64,000 nucleotides of DNA from Eledone cirrhosa (taxonomy: Eukaryota): assembly GCA_964016885.1 (NCBI GenBank), contig OZ024742.1:327484001-327548000 (forward strand). The letters are read 5' to 3'. How positions within the stretch are numbered: the stretch's first letter is position 1; each line of letters opens with the position of its first letter. Positions 26,484 to 41,195 of this stretch are shown here, in pieces. The notes under the pieces were generated by a model. That model saw only the letters and a program-made list of their open reading frames with translations, was not told where the DNA came from and did not search any database. The position numbers and the translations under genes are program-made.

Positions 26484-26993
26484 ATGTGTGTGAAAGTATG
26501 TATAAGTGTATATATTTTTCTACACAAATCACCTAATAAAAGGCCACTACAAAATGCTATCCAACTCATCCAGAGCAAGGACCAAATACTGAAATAGCTT
26601 GTGGTTCACAAACCCACAGGTCTTCAATATCTTGCCCCCCCGCCCCTAAAAAAATGAAATGAAATAAAAACACAAACCTCGAGGGATCTATATTGAGCGG
26701 AGGTAGATGTTTTCTAGAAAGATTTTGACAATTTACTAAGATCGCAGACGAGCCCAGATCGCAGTAAAATGTCAAACTCGTTCATTCATCAATAGCCAAC
26801 CAAGAAAGGAGCGTAATAGAAAATATAATAATTGTAGTACCTCAACAGCGCTATACTCAATGGGTTGAAACAGGAGAATTAAAGAATATCCTGAAGAAGG
26901 GCCTAAGCCCAACACGTCGAACTTTCTTTCGTCTTTCCAATATAAAGCGTGAAACTAATAAGACTTTCTGTACCTCTGTTTGTTGTCTCCTTG

Positions 26994-27370
<377 letters not shown>

Positions 27371-27486
27371 TGTGATACAATTGTTCTCGGAAATGGTGAA
27401 TCAACTGTTGTGGAAGTACTTCTACAAAACTCGTCCCATGGACCGAGTGCTCTACTACTATATATATAACCTACCAGTGTTCTAAT

Positions 27487-27598
<112 letters not shown>

Positions 27599-27672
27599 TA
27601 TACTAACAACAATTATGTACCCTAAATGTTCTAAATGACTAGGATTTTAGTAACATGTTTCGACATTCCTTA

Positions 27673-27719
27673 TGCTCCGATGATTCCAGACTTCCTTCTG
27701 GAAGAAACAATTGTCAGCA
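27673..27719 (+). ncRNA. Minimal hammerhead motif (CCGATGA core)
   Basis: TGCT-CCGATGA-TTCCAGA cttcct TCTGGAA-GAAA-CAATTG-TC-AGCA. All three stems pair; GUC site; palindromic stem III. Confidence 0.75.
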
Positions 27720-27759
27720 AATAATTGTTCTAAACTAAAATTTGATCGTTTTAACACTT

Positions 27760-27832
<73 letters not shown>

Positions 27833-28592
27833 GTATGTAAAAGGTAAACAGAAATAACAACACAATCGGTACAGTATATGGAAGGGATATATTAGGTTAA
27901 CGCTTGGTATAGCAGGAAGAGGGTCTTAACGGTTCGGACGCTAGTCCTTCATAAGAAGAAAGAATGAGAAATAAGATAGATTGAGGGGACGGTTGGGTTG
28001 GAATTGGAAAAAATGTCTTAAGATAAAAATAACAGGTCCATTCATGTTGACATGTCTTCCCCATGCCTCATCTCCCATTACTTATTCCCTGTGATCTATA
28101 CCCAATAATAGTCAATCGTCCCCAAGGTGGTTTCTATGGAAATTAACTCGGAAGAACTGTATGCTGAAGTGGTATCAGTGGTTTGTTGTGTACTTTAATG
28201 TGAGCGTGTTCAAGTAAACATCGAGTGACCTCTGGGAAGACAAGTCTCTGCATCATAGCAAAAACAATACCGCTTACTGACGGCGTAGATGTACGGAATA
28301 ATAAGGTCACGTTGAGGAATGCATGAGACAATCAATAAAAGCCACTACTGTCACGGTGACAGTGTTTAATTGATTTACTATTTACTATTACTTTTTATTC
28401 TTTTCGAATGACAAACACTTCATATGCCCCAAAACATTCTCCTTTGGACGCAGATTTCGAAATCAAATACGTGTTTCTGTAGGACGCACCGTTTCGAAGC
28501 CTTTCTGTGACTTATACATATAAAGGCATACATACATAAATACATACACCCTCAAATATATAGTATATCTACACACATATATATATATATAT

Positions 28593-28690
28593 ATAACGAA
28601 GGAATTGTGGTAAGGAACCAGATGGACCATAACGCACCAGAGTACTCAATACTTAGGGTAGTAGAGTGGGTAATAGGAAAAAGTATGACC
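28593..28690 (-). mobile_element. Family B terminal tail (also 29553-29590, 31133-31210, 51412-51495, 52710-52787)
   Basis: AACGAAGGAATTGTGGTAAGGAACCAG..GTACTCAATACTTAGGGTAGTAGAGTGGG recurs. Confidence 0.8.
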
Positions 28691-28759
28691 ACCTTTTATA
28701 TGTACCCCCCACCAACACTTCAGAAATGTGTTCCCTCTCTGTAGTAACATTACATCACT

Positions 28760-28825
<66 letters not shown>

Positions 28826-28828
<3 letters not shown>

Positions 28829-29513
28829 GGAAAAAGTATGACCCCTTATCGGTGTTGGTAGAGCCGGGTCTTAAAGTCACAAGCGGTTAATCCTATATAA
28901 GCTTTGTTGGAGGTGTCCGTCCTCACGTTGCACTGGTAGATCACGTTATGTTCTCGGCATCTGTTGTTGAGGGGGTACGTAGATCTATCAGGGCAGTTAC
29001 ACCTCCTGGTCGGCTCTCCACTGATGTCTAGGTTGTTTCTTCCATAGGGGTTGAGTTTTTTGTTGTTTGAGGAGACGATATTTTGTGCGAAGTTAGGTGT
29101 GGTGCTGTAGGAGAGTTTGATGGTGTTTTTGTTGATTATTTTGTGGTAGCGGTGTTGTAGTGGGAAGTGTTTTTCGAGGAGTCTAACCATCCTAGAAACA
29201 TCACCAATAACCTGGTTAAAAACATCTCCCTCCGCATATCTCGTTTGTCCGCTAATGAGCAGATATTCGACGAACATGCTCCTCATTACAACCAGCCCCC
29301 AAGCGGAGTGGCTTCCGGGAGGAAATATCCGACCAGGAGGTGTAACTGCCCTGATAGATCTACGTGCCCCCTCAACAACAGATGCCGAGAACGTAACGTG
29401 ATCTACCAGTGCAACGTGAGGACGGACACCTCCAACAAAGTTTATATAGGATTAACCGCTTGTGACTTTAAGACCCGGCTCTACCAACACCGATAAGGGG
29501 TCATACTTTTTCC

Positions 29514-29516
<3 letters not shown>
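28826..29516. mobile_element. Penelope-like fold-back (family B) with GIY-YIG coding sequence in both arms
   Basis: 28826-29012 and 29329-29516 are inverted copies encoding CNC..(Y/C)PLNNRC..VIYQCNV..YIGLTACDFKTRLYQHR. The thumb-like SNHPRNI..RISRLS is on the plus strand and HKIINKNTIKLSYS on the minus strand. Both ends are GGGGTCATACTTTTTCCTAT next to (TA)n. Confidence 0.9.
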
Positions 29517-29556
<40 letters not shown>

Positions 29557-29658
29557 CGAAGGAAATGTGGTAAGGAACCAGGTGGACCATTTTTTTTTTT
29601 TTAGTCCAGAATTAGCCGTCGAAACGGCTTGAGCTCAGCTGTCGGGGTCTTACTGGTT

Positions 29659-29849
<191 letters not shown>

Positions 29850-30009
29850 ATATATATGATGAAACACAGATACCAACACATCTGTATATATATTGCAAAA
29901 GAAAATTTAGCCAGATTGAAGTATACTAATTATTATACTACAGTTTGTCCATATCGATTTAAAATAATAAATCAACAAAGACGAACTGCATTGCCAAAAG
30001 GTTATGATG

Positions 30010-30123
<114 letters not shown>

Positions 30124-30229
30124 ATATGTGTACAGTGATGTAATGTTACTACAGTGAGACATTTCTGAAGTGTTGGTGGGGGGTACATATAACATTTATA
30201 CACACACACACACACACACACACGCACGT

Positions 30230-30262
<33 letters not shown>

Positions 30263-31132
30263 AATACACAACAAATTCAGATGATAGAAAGTTTTTAAAG
30301 CTTTACAGTTGTTTCAATACATCACTAAAAAAATACAGAGTGCCAGGACTATATAACAAAATAAAATGAAGGAGAAAAATTATATTGAACATAGCTAAGT
30401 ATCATTGATTGTTGTACATCTTTAAAAGCATCAATGTGATCCCAAGTTAGTAAAAAGTAAGCACAGAAAAACAAAATGTTCCTCGATTGAAGGCTATATT
30501 TTAAATGTACCCGTTATTTGAAGAACACAATTTTTATGTAGCCTTCAATCGAAAACTCTTTGAGCTAAGAGACCTCTGGCAGCTAAGGGACCATTACCAT
30601 CTGAATTAATGAGGTAAATCAAACAGCCTTTTGAAAATGTCAAAAATATGGTATGCAAAGCTCAAATGTTCGTTTCTTTTCTGAGAGATAGGAGGTTTGA
30701 TCCCTCGGAGCTGTCACAGGCTACATCTTTTTTTTTTTCGCCTCTAAGGTATCTCTACGACCGAGCACCCTACATCTATAAACTGTATTCTCTTTGCGGT
30801 TTGTAAATTCGAAAGTTCGAGCTTCGCATTCGATGTTTGTTAATGCATATATATGGATCCGAAACAGTGACTGTACAGGCCAATGCGTGGATGTTTGTTT
30901 TCCGACAGCTTTGTGTGCTAAACAAGGAAGTTTCTTACCGTTTAAAATGTACTGTTCATATGTTAAGCTGTTGAAAGAATAATTCCACTCTGATTTCATG
31001 ACTGAGGCTTCTGGCTGGAAATGTTGTCTTACAATTGATCTTTTGCGTGTGCTCCAAATGGATTGTTGAGCAATTTGTAAGCAACTAGATCGCAATTGGA
31101 TATCGATCTAAAGCTTTATATATATATATATA

Positions 31133-31326
31133 TAACGAAGGAATTGTGGTAAGGAACCAGATGGACCATAACGCACCAGAGTACTCAATACTTAGGGTAG
31201 TAGAGTGGGAAATAGGAAAAAGTATGACCCCCGACGGCAGAGCCCAAGCCGTTTCGACGGCTATTTCTGGACCCAGAAATAGCCGTCGAAACCGCTTGAG
31301 CTGTGCCGTCGGGGTCATACTTTTTC

Positions 31327-31331
<5 letters not shown>
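31133..31331 (-). mobile_element. Family B micro fold-back: ~58-bp arms within 31211-31331 plus tail 31133-31210
   Basis: Near-perfect hairpin with (TA)n on both sides. Confidence 0.85.
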
Positions 31332-31384
<53 letters not shown>

Positions 31385-31410
31385 GTGAAGGTTATATTAT
31401 ATATATATCA

Positions 31411-31966
31411 TAATAATTGTTTCTACATTTTGGCACAAGGCCAGCAATTATCCCAGTGTATTACTGGTACGTTATCTTATCGACCCCGTAAGGATGAAAG
31501 GCAAAGTTAACCTCGGCGGGTCTGAACTCAGACCATAAAGGGCCGTAACTCTTTGCTGCAAAGCATGGCGTCCGACCCTCTACCGATACTGTCAATCCAT
31601 ATCATAATAATTGTTTCTACTTTTGGCACAAGGCCAGCAATTATCAGTACATTACTGGTACTTTATTTTATCGACCCCGTAAGGATGAAAGGCAAAGTTA
31701 ACCTCGGCGGGATTTGAATTTAGATCGTAAAGGGACGTAACTCTTTGCGTCAAAGCATGGCGTCCGACCCTCTACTGATACTGCCAAATAATTGTTTCTA
31801 CTTTAGGCACAAGGCCAGCAATTACCCAGTGCATTACTGGTACTTTATTTTATCGACCCCGTAAGGATGAAAGGCAAAGTCAACCTCGGCGGGATTTGAA
31901 CTCAGATCGTAAAGGGACGTAACTATGCTGGAAAGCATGGCGTCCGACCCTCTACCGATACTGCCA
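31411..31966 (-). mobile_element. Three head-to-tail Nin-type SINEs
   Basis: Units at ~31411-31598, 31604-31787 and 31788-31966. Confidence 0.9.
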
Positions 31967-31999
31967 AAACGCAAATGTTAAGTGACAATTGTAATTTGA

Positions 32000-32340
32000 T
32001 ATCTCCTCTACTTATCTCTCTCACAACAGTGTTGAGAGAGGTGTGAGGCAGGGATCCCTACAGTGACTTGTTTATTAAATGACGTGTCCAGGAGATGTTG
32101 TATGCCTAGCATAGCAGTTTGGTGTATGTACCATTAAGTCACTTGCGACGAACAACATTCAACGTCCACAACTCAAAACTGTACAGAAGGATTGTCTCTA
32201 TATAGGCCAGAAAAACCCTTCTTTTTGTGTCCTTGTAGATGGCCCCTTTCCACACCCTCTGCAAAGAGTAAAGCGGACACCATAATTGAGCAAGCCTGGC
32301 ATCCATGTCACCGCCAGAGTCAGTGTAGGTATTCACATAA
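32000..32340 (-). mobile_element. RTE-like LINE RT fragment
   Basis: LQRVWK..IYKDTKRRVFLAYIETILLYSFELWTL resembles the post-RT motif K.R.F.A...S.LLYG.E.WTL. Confidence 0.65.
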
Positions 32341-32845
32341 TTGAAGTCACTTACAGGTTCGATAATTGAGCCATCTGGATGGTCTCCCTTTAGAAGTTTG
32401 GAAACTGAAGCGAGTGTGGTGGTGGTGTTGTAGAGGAGCAGATGGAAGTGTAAGGTATGGGGATGGTGGGGTAGTGGTGTAGATGGCGGTGTTGGTGTAG
32501 GGGATTAGATGGAGGTGTAGTGGTGGTGATGTAGCAGTGTACATAGTGGTGTACATAGTGGTGTGGTGGTGGTGTAGTGGGGTTGATGCAGGCGTAGGGT
32601 GTGTGATGTTGGTGGTGTAGTGGTGTACATAGTGGTCTGGTGCTGGTGTAGTGGGGTAGATGGAGGTGTAGGGTGTGAAGCCAATGCTAATTAAGTCCAG
32701 ATAGAATCTCAAGTGACACTCACTACTTAGTTTCAAGTGTCACTCACCACTTAGCAATGTGTTTCCTCGTTCTAATGGCCAGCACCAGTAGCAATGTGAA
32801 TGTATATACATTTATATTCATGTATGAATATATATATATATACAG

Positions 32846-32924
<79 letters not shown>

Positions 32925-33011
32925 ATATATCATACATATATATATTATATGCATATAATATATATGTATATATATTTATATATATATATATGTATATGCA
33001 TAAGTAAGTAA

Positions 33012-33072
<61 letters not shown>

Positions 33073-33153
33073 TATTATACATATTCATGTATAATATATA
33101 TAATATATATGTATATATATATTATATATATATATATGTATATATATTTACTC

Positions 33154-33186
<33 letters not shown>

Positions 33187-33195
33187 CAGTATATA

Positions 33196-33246
<51 letters not shown>

Positions 33247-33687
33247 GAGTGTGTTTGATTATAAGCTGATCGATTGCGAAACGCGTATCATATGTGAAAT
33301 ATCATAATGATATTATAGTAATACGTCTTTCTCCTCTGGCAGCATCAACAGAGGGTTGGACGCCATGGTTTGCAGCATAGAATTACGTCCCTTTGCAGCA
33401 TAGAATTACGTCCCTTTACGGCCCCCTCAGTTTCACCGCCCCTGTAAGGATACGAATTATGATATAATTCCATACGTAGTATATCATATGGGCGACCGGA
33501 CCCATATCGGCATTGAGTGACCTTGAGCCAATCCTCTGCGAAACGCGCGTAACAGGTCGATATGCAATTCATATTTTTCGTATGTAAACGAAACTTTTTC
33601 TATTATGTACGCTCTGCTGTGCATAGAGTGCTTGATTTGGTACCAACACCAGTATTTCCCCATACTACCTACATTATATATATATAT

Positions 33688-33876
33688 GGGCGGTGGATTG
33701 GCAGTATCGGTAGAGTGTCGGACGCCATGCTTTCCAGCATAGTTACGTCCCTTTACGATCTGAGTTCAAATCCCGCCGAGGTTGACTTTGCCTTTCATCC
33801 TTACGGGGTCGATAAAATAAAGTACCAGTAATGCACTGGGTAATTGCTGGCCTTGTGCCTAAAGTAGAAACAATTA
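33688..33876 (+). mobile_element. Full-length Nin-type SINE (reference copy)
   Basis: GGGCGGTGGATTGGCAGTATCGGTAGAG...GAGTTCAAATCCCGCC...GAAACAATTAT. Confidence 0.9.
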
Positions 33877-33982
33877 TACATATATATGATAAATGTAATG
33901 AAGACTGCACCAATGAGTATAAATATATACATGACTCTAACGTAAGCATGTAAACATGCCAGAAAATACGAATTTCTGATAA

Positions 33983-34031
33983 ACATCTTTAAACGATTTT
34001 CGGATCTAATTGGACCCTCATCAGAAGGCGT
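33983..34031 (-). ncRNA. Minimal hammerhead motif (family F)
   Basis: ACGCCTT-CTGATGA-GGGTC caatta GATCC-GAAA-ATCGTT-TA-AAGATGT. Confidence 0.7.
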
Positions 34032-34236
34032 GTATATCATGCAATCAACATGTACTTGCCTGGTATATATACCCATTGCCCCTTAGTTTTATTCAGAAAT
34101 GGACGTACTAATTTTCATATAATTAGCGCTCGTATTGGTAATTATTTAAGATATAAATTGAGAAGTGCGCTAGCAGCCGAAGTGTATGGTAAAGATACAT
34201 ACTCTGTATTTATACAGATATAACTTTATCATAATA

Positions 34237-35172
34237 CTAGCAGCAGTACCCAGCGTTGCCTGGGTAGGTAAAATAATATCTGCTTTGATGAAAAGATGTT
34301 GATCTTAGCGACTGAGAGTTTTTTGAAAATCGGTCGTAAGGTGTAGCAAATGGCGAAAGAAATGTTCAGTGAAGTCGAATGGAATATGTGGGAGGTGGAA
34401 AAAATCGTATTTTGAAGAGTTAAACGACTTCCACGCCGTCTCTGAACAAAAAAATTCAAAGTGTAAAGCTACTATAAGATGTGCAATGATAGGTTCTATG
34501 GTAGTATAAAAGTTGAACCAAATAAATTGATTTATGTGTGAGGTGGAGCCGAAGTTTCAAATTTGAATGAAATCGGTTGAAAAATGTGGGAGCTAGAGCC
34601 GAAAAGGCGGAAATTTGAGCGAAAAGGTGGTATTTTCGAATATTTAAGCGGCTGCCACGTCGTTCCTGGACAACAAATCCAAAATGTAAAGCCTCTCTAA
34701 GACGTGAAATAATCAGATCTAGCGTAGTGTAAAATTTGAACAAAGTAGATTGATTAATGTGGGTGTTAGAGCCGAAAAAGTGAACATTTGAGTCTAAAAG
34801 TGGTATTTTTTAATATTTAAGCGGCTGCCATGCCATCCCGGAACAACTAATGCAAAATATAAAGCAATTACAGGATGTGCAATGATAAATTCTATTTTGC
34901 TTTAAAATTTGAACGAAATCGGTGGCAAAATGAGGGAGCCAGAGCCAAAAATCTTATTTTTCGATACCTAAAAAAAGGTGACCCCCTATCGATTATTATC
35001 TGCAGAATGACCCCGGAATAAAAAAACAACAACAATACGTTGATATATAGAAAACACTCCCCGATGACTAATCTATGAGCCTGTAAAATTTCATGAAAAT
35101 CGGTCATAAGATGTAGGCCCCTATAGGTAATACACTGACACACACACACACACACATAATTTTATATACAGA
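34237..35172 (-). mobile_element. Non-autonomous Helitron (family H1)
   Basis: 5' TCTGTATATAAAA; 3' hairpin ACCCAGGCAACGCTGGGT..CTAG-T. Homologous to 48125-48899 and 49537-50548. Confidence 0.85.
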
Positions 35173-35201
35173 TAACTTTATCATACGCTTGGGTGTTAGC
35201 G

Positions 35202-35256
<55 letters not shown>

Positions 35257-35314
35257 AATGTGTGTGTGTGAATGTGTGTGTGTGTCTAAGCACTCATATA
35301 CACACATGCATGTA

Positions 35315-35576
<262 letters not shown>

Positions 35577-35905
35577 GCGTAAGTGTGAGTAACTTTGATA
35601 ACTGAAAGCTTTCAACCAATATCGGCTTAAGCCATGTCTAGCTTAATAGCACCATACACACATATATATATATATTAGATTCATATATATGTTAGATTCA
35701 TGTATATATATATATGTGTGTGTGCGTATGTGTGTGAGTATGTGTGTGTGAATGTGTGTGTGCGTATGTGCATGAGTATGTGTGAGTGTGTGTGCATGTG
35801 TGAGTGAGTGTGTGTGTAGGTGTGTGTGTGTACGCATGTATGTTTATGTATGTGTATAGATATATATACATGCATGTGTGTATGTGAGTGCTTATACACA
35901 CACAG

Positions 35906-35941
<36 letters not shown>

Positions 35942-36173
35942 GAAACGAAAGAATGAGTGAGCGAGTGAGAAGGAGGGTGTCGGGCAGTGAGCAGTAAAAG
36001 CATGGAGGAGCGTTTGGAGTGAGAGTGTGAGCTGAGCCTTCCCTCAAGAGAGTGACTTACAAGATGGATGGCGAAGTTTAAAACAATGACGAAGTAAAAC
36101 ATAGAGTAGAATAAGATATTTAACGACAATACACTTTCATACACACACGTATATGTGTGTATGAGTGTGTGGT

Positions 36174-36221
<48 letters not shown>

Positions 36222-36351
36222 GTTGTATATGTACATATATATGTATATATATATATATGCGTGTGTGTGTATAAGTATGTGGTATGTATATAAATATATA
36301 TTTATGTTCTATATGTACATATATATGTATAAATACTTACAAATATGTGTT

Positions 36352-36407
<56 letters not shown>

Positions 36408-36460
36408 ACATATATATATATATATTCTTATATATATATATACATATATTTATATACATA

Positions 36461-36529
<69 letters not shown>

Positions 36530-38029
36530 GTATGTATATATGTATGCATATATATGTGTGTGTCTGTGTGTATACATACACACTCATATTTAGACACGTG
36601 TATCAGGAAAACCGAGAGAAAAGAGAATATTCTGTGAGGGAGGGGAGGATGGGTGGTTGAGAGATATTAATTGTATAAAATAAAAACAAAGACAAAAACA
36701 AAAAAAAAAACAGTAAAAAGATGTAAATTATTGTCAGTTAATATTGGAGTGATTCAGTACAGAAGAAATAGAAAACAATAAGTTATATTTAGAATTAGTG
36801 CTAAGGAATTAGGGCGGCAAACAGGGGTAGATGAAGAGTTAATGGTGCTAGATGTCTGCGGTGATTCTATTTACGACACAAGGTCATGTGTTATTAGGTT
36901 GAACTGGAACGAAATTTGAAACTGTCATCTTTAAATATGAAATAATGAGCACTTCTTTGTATATACACTTGCATATACTTTTGTGTGCGTTTAACTCCCA
37001 TCGTCCTATACCACATGAAACCGCATTATTAAGACATTCTTGAAAAATACAAAACAATACTATGACTGTATCGCATTAAAAATATAAGTTTGTTATCATT
37101 GTTTTACACAATGATCTGTCCTCTCGTAAAGATACTATAAACATTTGCTTTAAAAAAACAATCCTTTTGAAATATTTTCTACTGAATCATTACTGAATGT
37201 TAAGATTTAAGCATTTATACTATTTTCAAATCCAGGCATGACTGAATAGTTAAGGAGTTCGCTTTACAATCATGAAGTTCCACGTTTAATTCCACAGCGT
37301 GGAATCAAACATGGAACTTCATCATGATGAACTACTATTAGTTCATACAACAAAATATACACGAATAATTACCACATATACACAGAGAATTTTCTTTCTG
37401 TTCTCATTCATTAAGTATTTTTTAAATATTTGGTCAATGTTTCTTTCAATTATATAACGGAATAGGAGCAAGGATTCTGTGTGTATCAGATATAGCCGTA
37501 CTGGTCTGAAATTAGTTTCTAACGTAGGAGGTTATATGAGATTAAGACACCAACACACTAAAACTACAACAACTAATTCTAACTAATATAACCATACATA
37601 TCTGAAACAAATTATGATGGTATGTTCTGAAATATGTGTCTAGTCATCTATCCTCAGACCAGTGGTCTGGACCGAAGGCTTACAACAAAATAGAATTTGC
37701 CAAAAGAACCCGAGAATCAGACGATTGTCTTAAATCGGGTGACAGATTAAAACTTCCATCCATACTAACGCATTTCTATTGTATTTCGTTTTACGTATAA
37801 TTGGCTTCGTTTATCATATCAATATATTTTGTCCACAACCATCAAGTCCATTCTCCGAATTTGTTTGACATGCTGGAAATAGCTGCCAAAAACTCACTGG
37901 AAGATGCTTTCCAGTCTTCGACAGAATACGATTTGTGTTAATTTACATTACTAAGAATACAATAGAAAATGTAGTTCTATGTGTCACATATAAGCTTCAT
38001 ACATAAGCCTGATCAGTAAGGAAACAAAG

Positions 38030-38520
38030 TGCAAAACCAAACATAACTAGACATTTTTTAGTCTATAAAACAAGTCTAAAGTACCTAATGTATAATAAAA
38101 ACGATGTGAAGGTAAGTTAGAGCAGTACAAAAGTTACTGACATTATAGAAGTTAATTCAGAAGGGTTAATCAAAACAACCAAGAAGCGTAATGAAAAGCC
38201 ATGGCACAAGACACCTATCTCCTTAAATCAAAATGAATAACTAATGCAATTATAAAGGAACCGATGGTAACACGAAAAAATCATATGCCGGTATGAATGA
38301 AGCCAGCATTAAAAATCAGTTCTTTAAATATAAACCGTCAGCCAAGTACGGGGGAAAGAGATATACTACGGATTTATCCAGATGTTCATGGCAATTGAAA
38401 GACACATTTGTTGATCATTTCGATATCATATAGGGCAAACCTTTATAACAACACCATTACATAAATAGTGAAAAGCAATGGCAATTATGAACTGCAGAGA
38501 AATATGTAATTAAATACGGT
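38030..38520 (+). pseudogene. Highly decayed Penelope linker/GIY-YIG relic
   Basis: Fragments NKNDVKVS.SST, KSYAGMNEASIKNQF, WQLKD and EKYVI resemble family B PLE proteins. Confidence 0.5.
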
Positions 38521-38608
38521 ACTTTAAACAAAAGTGTGTATATATATATACATATGTATATATATATACACATGTATACATGCATATATATATATATATA
38601 TACACACA

Positions 38609-38694
38609 CAGGGTGTCCCTAAAAATATATAAATACTTCAACACAACAGCATTCTAATAAATATGTGCATACATTTGGGGGGGCGGGCACCCAG
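38609..38694. mobile_element. Tiny Tc1/mariner-like MITE remnant
   Basis: Imperfect TIRs CAGGGTGTCCC ... GGGCACCCAG next to dinucleotide repeats. Confidence 0.4.
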
Positions 38695-39892
38695 TATATA
38701 TATACATATATAACATATATATACATACACACAAAGGTTTTCTGTGCGTAATATAAACATAAAAGTTATGTAAACAATCTTTTTTAACGGTTTCATATCC
38801 GTCGGTGTTTATTATAAAAGAGAAGTCTGTGACTAACATTGCTTTTCATTATATTTCAGAAGAGAATCAACTTGCTGTTCTCTTTGACAGACACTTTTAA
38901 TTCAATGACATTTTTTTCTTCTGAATATTCAACAATCTAAGAAATGTTTCAATGTGTATTTTTCAGTGCACATGTGTGTGTGTGTGTGTGTGTTTGTTTG
39001 TATGTGTGAGTGTGTGTGTGTGTGTGTGTTTGTTTGTATGTGTGAGTGTGTGTGTTTGTGTGTGTGTGTGTATGTGTATGTGTGTGTTTGTATGTGTTTG
39101 TGTGTTTTTGTATGTGTGTTTGTGTGTTTGTGTATGTGTGTTTGTGTGTGTTTGTGTCTATATGTATGTTTGTGTGTGTTTGTGTGTATATGTGTGTTTG
39201 TGTGTGTATGTGTGTTTGTGTGTTTGTGTATGAGTGTGTGTAAGTGTGTTTGTGTATGTGTGTGTGTAAGTGTGTGTGTGTGTGTGGATGCGTGTGTGTC
39301 TGTGTGTGTGTGTTTGTGTGTGTGTCGCAAACATGTCTGTAATGTTGTTTCTAGTAATTTTTCTTTACATTATTTTATGTTATGTAGAAAGTCCACAGTA
39401 TATTCAATGTTGTTCCTGTGGCTTTTACTCACTTTCAATGAGAAGTCACGTGGCTTAGTTGTTAGGGCGTTCGGTTCAGCCATTTATTACATTAATTTCA
39501 CGAGTAGACATCGTCTCACTGATCGAACAGCTGGGACACATCATGAAAACCAACATAAGTATATTCATAGTTACTTGTTGAAACCATGACTGAAGGCGTT
39601 TCATCCGTAGCTATCCCGTTTTTAATATCAGGGTGTTCGTCGTCCAATGCGTACCTTTGTAAAAGAGTGAAATTGGTTGTTCTTTCTAACAAGTGGAGTG
39701 ACTACGTGTAGGCCCTCTCATTTGGTTCATAGCTGTCAGATTAATTGATGTTGGCAAGCAGATAAAAAGATCAATCATTGAGGGTTAACACAAGCTGTAG
39801 TTGTATACGTTGGGCCTCCTTTGGTTCTGACGAGGAAAGTTTCAGTTGTTTGATCAACGGAACAGTCTTATGTTGAAATTAACCGGCAAGCG

Positions 39893-40140
39893 GCTGGCCT
39901 AGTGGTTAGAGCATTGGGCTTGAAATCGAAAGGTTGTGAGTTCAATTCTCGAACCGGGTGATGTGTTGTTTCCTTGAGCAAGACTTTATTTCACGTTGCT
40001 CCAGTTTACTCAGCTGTAGAAATGAGATGATAGGACTGGGGTCCCTATCATTAAATCACCCAAGACACCTCCAACGAGATATACTTTGGAGGAGGCCAGC
40101 TAAATCTGCATAGGTGTGAGCTGTCACACACACACATTCC
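39893..40140 (+). mobile_element. CORE-type tRNA-derived SINE
   Basis: TGGCCTAGTGGTTAGAGC A box, GAGTTCAATTC B box, CCTTGAGCAAGAC..GCTCCAGTTTACTCAGCTG core. Confidence 0.75.
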
Positions 40141-40788
40141 TTCAATGCCTGTAGCCTTAACGTAATTCTCAGTAAGATTCAGTGAGACACAGTGAGTAAC
40201 AAGGCCGACCATTTGAAATATAGGTACACCCCACTTTTTACACGCAGAGCAACGTGAAAGTGTCATTAGGTGCAAAAATCGAACTCACGAAGTTTCGATC
40301 ATGAGTCCAATACATTAACTACGAATTAACCACGAATGTCTAGTCGTGTAAGAAAGAAGGATCAGATGTTAGAGAAAGACAGTGAGTAAAAATAAAGTTA
40401 AAAGGGACAATCCTATTGAAGTCTGTCTTAGCAAGAGATTTTCTTGGTATTGTCAGTAATCCACTGATGACTTCTCACTGGTTTGATGTCTTTAATTATT
40501 CACCTGTGTTTACTTTATCACCCCCACCCACACACATACCACCACACGTTCACACACTCATCCACCCCCGGCCACACATACAGAATAGAATGGAATGCTA
40601 TCGGTTTCGATGATGAGTGTTTAAGTTGTTCGATCAATGAAACCGCCTGCCCTTGAAATTAATTAACGTGTAAATAGCTGAGTATTCCACAGACACGTGT
40701 ACCTTTAACGCATTTTGCAGGAAGATTAAGCATGTCACAGTGTATGACAAAGCTGGCACTTTGAATTACAGATAAAGTTCACCCGATT

Positions 40789-41195
40789 CAGACCTGCCAA
40801 CCTCTCAAACTCCAAACGGGGACTACCATGATAAAAGGTGCCCCCAAACCGGGAGAAATGAGTCAAAATGGGGAGATTTTACATAATTGTTTCTACTTTT
40901 GGCACGAGACCAGCAATTACCCAGTACATTACTGGTACTTTATTTTATCGACCCCGAAAGGATGAAAGGCAAAGTTAACCTCGGCGGGATTTGAACTCAG
41001 TCCGTAAAGAGACGTAACTATGCTGGAAAGCATGGCGTCCGACTCTCTACCGATACGGCCAATCCACCGCCCTATGGGGGGGGGGAGATTTTACATAATG
41101 AAAGCTATACCCATTTTCACAAGAGAAGCCATCTCTCACCCATCCAAAAGTTGGTGGGAGATCTCCCCATCGGAAGGGGAGAGTTGACAGGTCTG
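40789..41195. mobile_element. Non-autonomous TIR DNA transposon with 5-bp TSD, containing a Nin SINE (40883-41071)
   Basis: TIRs CAGACCTGCCAAC / GTTGACAGGTCTG with CGATT on both sides. The internal SINE is flanked by GGGAGATTTTACATAAT. Confidence 0.8.

Noticed and set aside
33688-33790. tRNA-like A and B boxes
   Set aside because: These are heads of SINEs present in about 30 copies; no complete cloverleaf.
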